Below are positions 9,715 through 16,583 of a stretch of DNA of 29,680 bases, piece by piece; within the stretch, counting starts at the first letter, position 1; each line of letters starts with the position of its first letter. This stretch comes from Candidatus Norongarragalinales archaeon (GTDB taxonomy: Archaea; Micrarchaeota; Micrarchaeia; Norongarragalinales; Norongarragalinaceae): positions 1 through 29,680 of the forward strand of contig JAVYMB010000001.1 of the NCBI GenBank assembly GCA_038740145.1. The letters are read 5' to 3'. Both the position numbers and the translations under genes were made by a program. Under the pieces are notes generated by a model, which had not been told where the DNA came from, did not search any database, and worked only from the letters and a program-made list of their open reading frames with translations.

Positions 9715-10551
9715 ATGACGCTCAAACAAATAACGGTTTCCGCGGCGGTATTGCGATCGTTGTTCAAGCCTGCGCCAGACTCTTACAAGGGACAAAACGG
9801 AGCGCTTACCATCATCGGTGGAAGTCGCGAGTACCACGGCGCTCCAGTGTTTGCCGTCCGCGCCGCTAATCGCTTTGTCGACTACGTCTTTTTTTACTCG
9901 CCGTTCGGCTACAATTGCGAACTCGTGCGAGGCTTGCGCAAGCGAGTCGCTGAAGTAATGGTCGTGGGACGTGATCGCCTGGACTTCGCGGTTTACAAGA
10001 GCGACTGCATCCTCGCGGGAATGGGGCTGCGGCCAGACAATCAAACAAAAGCCTTTATCGAATCGCTGATACGCCGATACAAGGACAAAAAATTCGTTCT
10101 CGACGCAGGCGCGTTGCGAGTAGTTGAACCGCGAAAACTCGGTGCGAACGTTCTCGTTACGCCGCACGCGGAAGAGTTTCGCGCGTTGTTCGAGTGCGAG
10201 GCGACGCCTGAAAACGCGGCGCGTTGCGCGCGCAAGTTTGGCTGCGTGATTTTGTTGAAAGGGCGTTTTGACTACGTCGCTGACGGCAAGCGTCTTGCCG
10301 TAAACCGCACGGGAAACGCGGGAATGACTAAAGGCGGCACTGGCGACGTGCTCGCTGGACTCGCGGCGGCGCTCGCCTGCAAAAATGATTTGTTTACGGC
10401 TGCTTGCGCAGCCGCGTTCGTTAACGGCGTCGCGGGCGACTTGTTGTTTAAACGACAAGGGTTTAACTACAACGCGAGCGACTTGATTGAAGCGTTGCCT
10501 GAAGCGTTTGCGAAAGCGCAGCGTGCGGCGCGCGGTAGAAGGGCGCATTGA
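9715..10551 (+). CDS. nnrD: NAD(P)H-hydrate dehydratase (stand-alone YjeF C-terminal domain)
   Basis: YKGQNG..IIGGSREYHGAP, VLDAGAL, TPHAEEF, LKG..D, GNAGMTKGGTGDVLAG. No epimerase domain attached. Confidence 0.92.
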   Translation: MTLKQITVSAAVLRSLFKPAPDSYKGQNGALTIIGGSREYHGAPVFAVRAANRFVDYVFFYSPFGYNCELVRGLRKRVAEVMVVGRDRLDFAVYKSDCILAGMGLRPDNQTKAFIESLIRRYKDKKFVLDAGALRVVEPRKLGANVLVTPHAEEFRALFECEATPENAARCARKFGCVILLKGRFDYVADGKRLAVNRTGNAGMTKGGTGDVLAGLAAALACKNDLFTAACAAAFVNGVAGDLLFKRQGFNYNASDLIEALPEAFAKAQRAARGRRAH

Positions 10552-10552
10552 A

Positions 10553-10870
10553 ATGGATTTGAACGCCTCGCTCGTTGGCTTGACGAGCCACTTTCCTTCA
10601 AGCGTAGAGTTGTTTTCGCTTCCTTGGTGGGCGTGGATTGCGGCTGCTGTTGCCCTCTTCTTGTTCGCCGTCGTTGTAATAAAACTCGTGAAAAAAATTT
10701 TAGTCAACACCGTGCTAGGGTTAGCTGCTCTCTTACTAGTAAATTTTTTCGGCAGTGGTTACGGCGTTACGATTCCAATTAATTTGGTGACCCTTGCAGT
10801 CAGCGCGTTGCTCGGCTTGGCGGGAGTTGGCGCGCTCATACTCTTGGCGTTGTTCGGAGTCAAGGTTTAA
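10553..10870 (+). CDS. BofA-like small membrane protein (pro-sigmaK processing inhibitor family)
   Basis: ATG 10553, 1 nt after the nnrD stop. 105 aa with K.LVNTVLGLAALLLVNFFG....IPINLVTL....LLGLAGV, the BofA family pattern. Confidence 0.75.
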   Translation: MDLNASLVGLTSHFPSSVELFSLPWWAWIAAAVALFLFAVVVIKLVKKILVNTVLGLAALLLVNFFGSGYGVTIPINLVTLAVSALLGLAGVGALILLALFGVKV

Positions 10871-10913
10871 GAGCGCGCGTTTTTTTGTAGCTGCCTCTAC
10901 TCTTTAGGTAAAT

Positions 10914-11984
10914 TTATTCTGCGTCGCCAATGCCGTTTTCCGTGACTGTAAAAATGCATTCGTTGTCCGGCAAGTTCGGCGAATCAACGAGTTTCGCGAT
11001 TCGCCGCGTTTCCTTGCTGCGGCGCAAGTAAACACGGTATGTGGAACTGTGGGCTAACACGTGGCCGCCGATTGGTGCAGTCGGGTCGCCAAACAAAATG
11101 TCCGGCTTATCCATGACTTGGTTTGTCACATATACTGCGATGTTGTACACGTCTGCCAAGCGCAAAAGCGAGTGAACGTGCTTGTTCAACTTTTGTTGTC
11201 GCGCGGCGAGCGTGCCCCTTCCTACGTAGTCGCTGCGAAAAGACGCGGTGAGTGAGTCGACGATGACGAGTTTCACGTTGTTTTTCTTTATTACTTCGTC
11301 GAGCTTGTCGACGACTAGCATTTGGTGGTCGCTGTTGTAAGTGCGCACGTAGTGGATGTTTTTGAGCACGGTTTCTGGGTCGAGGCCTTGCGCCATCGCG
11401 ATTTGCGCTACGCGTTCCGGGCGAAAAGTGTTTTCGCTGTCGACGAAGGCGACTGCGCCTTCGAGCCCGCCTTTGTCTCGCGGTAACTGTGCGTTGACGC
11501 ACAATTGGAAAGCGAGTTGCGTTTTGCCGCTTCCGAATTTTCCGAAGCACTCGGTAATCGCCTGCGTTTCTATTCCTCCGCCGAGGAGAGCGTCGAGTTC
11601 TTTACTGCCTGTCGTGATTTTTTCGATTTTCCTTCGGCGCTCGAAAACATCTACTCCTGTTTCGAAACCCATTTCGAGAGCGTCTCGCGCTGCGTTGATT
11701 GCCTTGATTGCGGATCCTTCGCTTATTCCGGCAACTTCGCATAATTCGATCGGCATGCTGTACGCGATGCTTTCAAGCGAGTCGTAACCAGCGTCTTCGA
11801 GTTTTTTCGCAATGCTTTCACCTACCCCTGGCAACTCGCGGATGCTGGTTATTTTCTTGCGCGTCTTAGAATTCGTTTTTTCGCTTATTTTTTCTTCGGC
11901 AGCAGCCTCAATCGAGGCATTTTCGCCTTCCTTCTCTTTCGCCACCCTATATCCCCCCGCGGCAACGAGCCTTCTTTCAGGCAT
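10914..11984 (-). CDS. radA: DNA repair and recombination protein RadA
   Basis: HhH ELPGVG, Walker [46 protein letters not shown]. Start at ATG 11984 with upstream GGTG; charged ~40-aa N-terminal extension. Confidence 0.97.
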   Translation of the reverse strand: MPERRLVAAGGYRVAKEKEGENASIEAAAEEKISEKTNSKTRKKITSIRELPGVGESIAKKLEDAGYDSLESIAYSMPIELCEVAGISEGSAIKAINAARDALEMGFETGVDVFERRRKIEKITTGSKELDALLGGGIETQAITECFGKFGSGKTQLAFQLCVNAQLPRDKGGLEGAVAFVDSENTFRPERVAQIAMAQGLDPETVLKNIHYVRTYNSDHQMLVVDKLDEVIKKNNVKLVIVDSLTASFRSDYVGRGTLAARQQKLNKHVHSLLRLADVYNIAVYVTNQVMDKPDILFGDPTAPIGGHVLAHSSTYRVYLRRSKETRRIAKLVDSPNLPDNECIFTVTENGIGDAE

Positions 11985-12079
11985 TTTCGCCGCACCATTT
12001 CGCCTTCGTCGAAAGAGCAGTTGATTATTAACGCCGTAATTAATAAGTTTTCGGGAGCGTGCTTCCAGTGAACAAACAG

Positions 12080-13054
12080 TCAACCCAACTTTTTCACAAA
12101 TGCAGCGAGTCGTTGTTTTTCGCTTTCATCGACTTTACAGACAACCACGCCGCGCCTGGGTTGTCCGTAAGCAACTACGCTGTGCAACGGCGCGAACAAC
12201 ACAGCGGGAATGAATGCGTAGTCTTCTTCGCCTATCACGCGCACGAAAACTTTGCCGCCTCGCCGCAACGCTCGCTCGATACTGCGCGCCAACGAGCGCG
12301 TTATCGTACCTCGAGGGTTGCGGCAAACGATTTCGCGTCCCCGCACTCGCTCGATTCCAAGCACGGGATCGCCACGGCGAGTTTTTTCGTCGAAAACCAA
12401 CACGTCGGCATCTAGGTGGTCGAGAGTGCGCGCAACCACGTCGCCAACGAGGATTATCTTCGTTGGTTTGTAAAGCCGAATCGCTCGCCCCGCGCGCTTA
12501 GCGTCAGGGTAAAGGGTTCCAAAGGGGCGCTTCGCGAAAGCGCGGAGCGCTGGCGTTGCTTTAAGCGTGCGCTTGAACAACGAGCGATACAAAAAACCGC
12601 GTCTGTCTTCTTCCCCGCCGCGCATTCGCGTGCTTGAAATGTGCTTGCGGTCTTCGCTTAAAACGAGTGGGCACAAAACAATTTTTAGGGGGCGGAGTCC
12701 GCGCCGCCGTCGAGCGCGGTTGATAAGGCGCGCGCCAGCAACGGTTTCGCTAGTGCAGACTATTGCTTGGTAGCCGTCTTGCAGCGTTGGACCACAAACA
12801 TCGTGGAGTTCGTAGATTCGCGCTCGCTTGAGCCAACCTTTTTTCTTTAAAAAATTTTTAAGCGCGGCTTTGCGTTCAACGAAAGACTGCACTATTCGCG
12901 CGTAATTTTTTTTGCGCGTCATTTGCTGGACAGTTAAACCGATGAGGACGCGCTCGCCAACCGCGAAGGCTTTCGCTAACAATGCTTCGTGTCCTTTATG
13001 TAGCCTGTCGAAAGTGCCGCCAGTCGCGACTAATCGAAACTTTTTCATACTCAT
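12080..13054 (-). CDS. coaD: Fusion: archaeal phosphopantetheine adenylyltransferase (PPAT) + GTP-dependent dephospho-CoA kinase (DUF359)
   Basis: N-domain [11 protein letters not shown] (HxGH), GLT, ISST. C-domain VGD, DEKTRR, NPRGTI, VIGEED, YGQP.RG. Start at ATG 13054 or 13048; the track's extension to 13174 is low-complexity promoter DNA. Confidence 0.88.
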   Translation of the reverse strand: MSMKKFRLVATGGTFDRLHKGHEALLAKAFAVGERVLIGLTVQQMTRKKNYARIVQSFVERKAALKNFLKKKGWLKRARIYELHDVCGPTLQDGYQAIVCTSETVAGARLINRARRRRGLRPLKIVLCPLVLSEDRKHISSTRMRGGEEDRRGFLYRSLFKRTLKATPALRAFAKRPFGTLYPDAKRAGRAIRLYKPTKIILVGDVVARTLDHLDADVLVFDEKTRRGDPVLGIERVRGREIVCRNPRGTITRSLARSIERALRRGGKVFVRVIGEEDYAFIPAVLFAPLHSVVAYGQPRRGVVVCKVDESEKQRLAAFVKKLG

Positions 13055-13057
13055 TGG

Positions 13058-13181
13058 TTTAATGCGGCGAGTCGGTTTAAATGTTTTTGAACGCCTTCTT
13101 CTCAGCTTTTTAAACCGCGTTTTAAAACACTGCGGTCGGCGTTTAAGAGCTCTTTTTAAAGCGGTTTTAAACACGTCTTTA
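13058..13181. repeat. Cluster of roughly helically phased TTTAA(A) tracts with an imperfect inverted repeat
   Basis: TTTAAA at 13076, 13109, 13121, 13155, 13166; TTTAA at 13058, 13142. TTTAAACCGC (13109) versus GCGGTTTTAAA (13161); palindrome AAGAGCTCTT at 13145-13154. Confidence 0.55.
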
Positions 13182-13203
13182 GTGGAAGCGAAGCAAGCGT
13201 TGG

Positions 13204-13211
13204 TTTATAAA
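13204..13211 (+). promoter_or_regulatory. TATA box upstream of the small ORF at 13277
   Basis: TTTATAAA preceded by purine-rich GAAGCGAAGCAAG; expected TSS near 13233. Confidence 0.55.
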
Positions 13212-13276
13212 CCCTTTACACCAAACTTTTAGCCTTGCTCCCAGTGCAAGCGGGATGCGAGGGAGGTGCCGTTAGC

Positions 13277-13327
13277 ATGGCATTCTCCGGAATAATGCCC
13301 GCCGACTTGTTCGACGAGCTCGACTGA
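13277..13327 (+). CDS. Candidate 16-aa small protein MAFSGIMPADLFDELD
   Basis: GGAGGTG at 13262-13268, 8 nt before ATG; TATA box upstream; T6 tract at 13341-13346 downstream. Confidence 0.45.
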   Translation: MAFSGIMPADLFDELD

Positions 13328-13521
13328 ACCGCGCGTCCAGTTTTTTCAACGAAACGCGCTTTTGGGTCGAATCACCGCCTTATGAAAGCAAGCGGAAAAA
13401 CTTGACTGCCGCGCGCCTCGCGCACCACTAGTTTTTACTTTTTTTCGCTCGAATTCTTTTTATTCTCACTTTTCTTTAAAGATACGCAGAAAATATTCGA
13501 GGCTTTCGGGAGGTAACGCGC

Positions 13522-14019
13522 ATGGGTTTTGTTTCAATGACTATATGGGTTTTCTTAATGCTTTTAGCAGTCGGCATTTACACTAGCTTGCTTGCGTTGC
13601 TTAAGCCTAAAGAAAAGCAGTATTATGGAATGCTTAAACTCGGAGTCTTCCTAGCGGTTTTCGACTTCTTTTTCGAGAGTTGGGGCGCCGCCGCAGGTTA
13701 TTGGGTGAGCAAGGGCTCGCTGTTGCCCCTAAACTTTTTCAGCGTTCCAGGCTTTGAAGGAGTGCCTTTCGAAGTCTTTGTGATAGCCTTGTGCGCTGGC
13801 GCTACTTACGCGTTGTTGTTCCCGAAAAAATTTGATTGGCGCATCGCGCTTCCAACAAACTTTCTCATCGCATGCATCGGAGCCGGCATAGAGTCGCTTC
13901 TGATTTCTTCTGGCAACCTCGTTTACAAAGGTGGTTGGACTAGCGTGCACGCTCTTCTCGCCTACTTCGCCGTCTTCCTACTTTTAAACTGGGTTAATGC
14001 GAAGTATTGCGGTGACTAA
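13522..14019 (+). CDS. Hypothetical multi-pass membrane protein
   Basis: About 5 hydrophobic segments with an internally repeated E-x6-G-x-[WL]-x pattern (FESWGAAAGYWV; IESLLISSGNLVY) and VPFEV, loosely like lycopene-cyclase-type TM domains. Family not certain. Confidence 0.75.
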   Translation: MGFVSMTIWVFLMLLAVGIYTSLLALLKPKEKQYYGMLKLGVFLAVFDFFFESWGAAAGYWVSKGSLLPLNFFSVPGFEGVPFEVFVIALCAGATYALLFPKKFDWRIALPTNFLIACIGAGIESLLISSGNLVYKGGWTSVHALLAYFAVFLLLNWVNAKYCGD

Positions 14020-14052
14020 TCGTTTAATAGGCGCGTCCACGTAACGTTTGAC

Positions 14053-15513
14053 GTGCGCCGCTTAGTAGTTTGTTTCTTCGCGTTCGCTTCTCTTGCTTCA
14101 ATGCTCGCTAGCGCAGCGACTCCGCTTTCTCAGTGCAGCTCGCTTTCAAGCGGCGACTACGTGCTCGTGCAAGACGTTTATGCCGCGCCACCTGGGACCG
14201 ACTGCTTCGTCGCAAGCAGTGCTGGCGTCTCCTTGGATTGCGCTGGCTTTCGCGTCGTCGGCTCGCAAGGCGGCGTCGGATTCAAAAACCCTGGTTTCGC
14301 AAACGTCGCCTTACGCGGCTGTACAATTCAAAACTTTAGCGTCGGCGTGAGTTTCGAGGGAAGCACAGCGTTTTCAGGCGGAAGCATTGCCTCCAACGCG
14401 GTTTCAGGGACTTCAACTTCATTAAAAATAATTAACGCTCGCTCGCTATCGGTTTCGCAAAACTCTTTTTCTGGAGTAGTGCAAGCGTCGTCTTCAAGTG
14501 AATTGGTTTTTTCTTCAAACACTCTCAACGCCGTAGAACCCGGCGCCCTCAAACTTGAGGGGGTCACTTCGTCGATTTTCTCGAGCAACGCCGTATCAAG
14601 CGGCGGCGAGTACGCGCTGTGGGCGACTGCTTCATCAAGCAACTCTTTTCAAGGCGGGAGTTTCGCCGGTGCCACTACTGATGCTTTGCTTGACTCGTCG
14701 CCGCCGAATAGTTTTACCGAAACCAATTTTTTTCACGGCAGCGTCGCCTTCGCTGGCTCGAGCGACGGCGCAGTGTTTAAAGATTGCGCTCTTGACGCTG
14801 CTCGCTTGCGCTGGCTTTCAGGTGCCGCGCGCGTCACCGTGAAAAACAGCGCTCGAGTGCGAACGCTTGACGCAAACGGCGTTGCAGTGGAAGGCGCGAG
14901 CGTAAACGCTACCGCAGCAGACGGCGCCTCGCTTTTTTTTGGTTGGACGAACGCTGCAGGGTTGACTGACTGGTTTGAAGTAATCGTTTTTCAAGGCAGC
15001 GAAAGCGATGGCTCAACTCAATCGTCTTACCTAGTGCGCGCAAGCAAGAATGGCTTTTCATCCAGCGCTACCGAGCACTCGTCGCCCAAGAAAGAGACGA
15101 CGCTTTACCTCGGCGCCTCGCCTTCGCCGATTCCAAGCGCTTCTGCTTCGCCAGCAGCTTCCCCAAGCGCTTCAATCGCGGCGTCGCTTTCGCCGACTTC
15201 GCGCGCTTCGCCTTTCGCGTACCCCTGGCTTTCGGGAGCGAGCGTTTCGCCGGCGGTGGTTGACGCGAGCGCGGCGGCTTCGCCGGTTGTGAGTGAGGCG
15301 TTGCTTTCAGTGCGGGGGGTTGGCGTCGGCGAGGCTGCTGCCGAGCTTGGCGCTGAAATTCCAGATTACGCTCGCACCTCGCCTAGCCCTGCTCTTTCGT
15401 GCGTTTGGTGTGGAGTCGCGAGTGCCGCGCCGTGGTGGGCTTGGGTTGGCGGCGCATTCGCGGTAATCGCCTTGTTTTTGCTGGCGCGGCGGCGAAGACA
15501 AAGTTTAACTTGA
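14053..15513 (+). CDS. Cell-surface parallel beta-helix (NosD/pectin-lyase-like) protein with Ser/Pro linker and C-terminal anchor
   Basis: Signal peptide; C..L.SG.YVL..D...C.....VSLDCAG beta-helix cap; repeating I..N..S strands; Ig/transthyretin-like DANGVAVEGASV...TNAAG segment; SPSP-rich linker; TM + RRRR. GTG start. Confidence 0.8.
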   Translation: MRRLVVCFFAFASLASMLASAATPLSQCSSLSSGDYVLVQDVYAAPPGTDCFVASSAGVSLDCAGFRVVGSQGGVGFKNPGFANVALRGCTIQNFSVGVSFEGSTAFSGGSIASNAVSGTSTSLKIINARSLSVSQNSFSGVVQASSSSELVFSSNTLNAVEPGALKLEGVTSSIFSSNAVSSGGEYALWATASSSNSFQGGSFAGATTDALLDSSPPNSFTETNFFHGSVAFAGSSDGAVFKDCALDAARLRWLSGAARVTVKNSARVRTLDANGVAVEGASVNATAADGASLFFGWTNAAGLTDWFEVIVFQGSESDGSTQSSYLVRASKNGFSSSATEHSSPKKETTLYLGASPSPIPSASASPAASPSASIAASLSPTSRASPFAYPWLSGASVSPAVVDASAAASPVVSEALLSVRGVGVGEAAAELGAEIPDYARTSPSPALSCVWCGVASAAPWWAWVGGAFAVIALFLLARRRRQSLT

Positions 15514-15576
15514 TAACTAAACGTGGTTTTGATTTTGGCTCTTAAAGCCGAATCCGATGCTTCCTGCGCCGCACCA

Positions 15577-15905
15577 TCAAAACCGTATTTTTCTCGGCGG
15601 CGCACCGTACTTCAACGTGATTTTGTTTCCTGAAACGCTTACGACTAAACCGACTTTTCTATAATTTAGTTGCGGGTCGGGCGTAGCGCTTCTAGCCGCA
15701 TTTATTTTTGCTTGGTCAGGCGTTAATTTTTTAATTAAAGGCAATATCCCGTTTATTTCTTTTAGTGTTAACTTTCTAGATAAGTGCAGGTGGACTACCC
15801 TGCGTCCTAAGACGGGTGCTTTTCCACCACTTCTACTTGGGAAACCTTAATTCCAGCTTTTCCAAGTATTTTGCGCGCGCCTTCAATCACTGGCGTTAAA
15901 ACCAT
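15577..15905 (-). pseudogene. Frameshifted small gene (~109 aa if rejoined by -1 shift); pseudogene, recoded gene or assembly error
   Basis: ATG 15905 with SD AAGGTG reads MVLTPVIEGARKILGKAGIKVSQVEVVEKHPS* (TAG 15807-15809). The -1 frame is open from ~15846 to TGA 15577-15579 (...APVLGRRVVHLHLSRKLTLKEING...KITLKYGAPPRKIRF). Confidence 0.55.
15789..15828. repeat. Hairpin resembling an IS200/IS605-family element end
   Basis: GGTGGA...TCCACC closing ACCC/GGGT and GTC-CTAA-GAC. Minus strand AAGCACCCGTCTTAGGACGCAGGGTAGTCCAC resembles, from memory, the hairpin + GGGTAGTTCAC ends of tnpB/IscB elements. No transposase in the window. Confidence 0.35.
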
Positions 15906-15948
15906 TTCCGCACCTTCTTTTTTCTCTGCAAGTTTTTCAACAAAAACC

Positions 15949-15976
15949 AAAACAACGATATTAAAACAACAATATT
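15949..15976. repeat. Tandem 14-bp direct repeat in a divergent promoter region
   Basis: AAAACAACGATATT (15949-15962) immediately followed by AAAACAACAATATT (15963-15976), one mismatch. Confidence 0.6.
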
Positions 15977-16020
15977 AACTTATGCCTGTTTTATTTTTTC
16001 AAATAATTGAAGGCGGTTGA

Positions 16021-16566
16021 ATGGAGTTATTCGAGTGCATCGAGTTGCGTCGCAGCGTTCGCAATTTTGAAAACAAAAAAATTCCGGAAAGCGCAATCCA
16101 AAAAATTTTGAGTGCGGCAGTGCAAGCGCCGAGCGCGAGGCACGTGCTGCCGTGGAAATTCGTGGTGATTGAAAGCAAAGCGAAATTGCGTGAAATCAGC
16201 GCGTTCGTGGTAAAGCGTTACGGGTTGCTTGGGCGCGCGCTTGACTTAGCTTGGCTGCGCGGAAAAACCGTGTTTCACGACGCGCCCCTCGTTGTTTTAA
16301 TCGTTTGCAAGGAAAACGTTAAGTGGGCGCGAGAAGATTCCGCGCTCGCCGCTGAAAACGCGTTTCTCGCGGCGCGAGCGCTAGGCATCGGCTCGTGCTT
16401 CATTGGAATGGCTCACGTTTTAAACGATGACGAAAACGCGTTGCGCGCCGCCGGCGTTCCCGCGGGACACAAGATTTTCGCGGCGCTCGCGTTCGGCTTC
16501 CCGAAAGGCGGCAAGTGGCCTGAAGGCGAACGGCGTGCAGTGAAAATCGTGAAGCGCTTCAAGTAG
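16021..16566 (+). CDS. Nitroreductase family (FMN-dependent) protein
   Basis: RRSVRNF, APSARHVLPWKF, DSALAAENAFLAARALGIGSCFIG, ALAFGFP. GCGGTTGA upstream of ATG. Confidence 0.92.
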   Translation: MELFECIELRRSVRNFENKKIPESAIQKILSAAVQAPSARHVLPWKFVVIESKAKLREISAFVVKRYGLLGRALDLAWLRGKTVFHDAPLVVLIVCKENVKWAREDSALAAENAFLAARALGIGSCFIGMAHVLNDDENALRAAGVPAGHKIFAALAFGFPKGGKWPEGERRAVKIVKRFK

Positions 16567-16583
16567 TTTTAACTCGTTGCTAG

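Noticed and set aside
9616-10710. 364-aa minus-strand ORF, and the many other long overlapping ORFs in the track
   Set aside because: Antisense or alternate-frame shadows of well-supported genes in GC-rich DNA; no motifs.
10914-11984. Intein in RadA
   Set aside because: Length is normal and the sequence is continuous after Walker A; only an N-terminal charged extension is extra.
13055-13174. Basic N-terminal extension of PPAT given by the ORF track
   Set aside because: It is the translation of the TTTAAA-rich promoter region; the domain begins at [11 protein letters not shown].
13261-13300. Fluoride (crcB) riboswitch: GGAG...ATGGCATTCTCC...AATGCC partly resembles it
   Set aside because: An 11-nt insertion breaks the GGAGAUGG core, the AACCGC/GCUGAUG elements are absent, and the downstream membrane protein has no CrcB GFxGxxTTFS motif.
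13325-13405. UGA read-through (selenocysteine) of the 16-codon ORF
   Set aside because: The downstream frame crosses a T6 tract, gives no protein-like sequence, and no SECIS-like element is evident.
13230-13520. tRNA, 5S rRNA, SRP RNA or RNase P RNA in the larger intergenic gaps (also 15513-16020)
   Set aside because: No cloverleaf/T-loop, SRP helix-8 or RNase P GAGGAAAGUCC-type signatures seen on either strand.
15789-15828. Bulge-helix-bulge mRNA intron in the hidden gene
   Set aside because: The 4-bp helix with two 3-nt bulges has correct BHB polarity only on the plus (antisense) strand, the bulges lack the usual third-position purine, and the flanking helix has mismatches.
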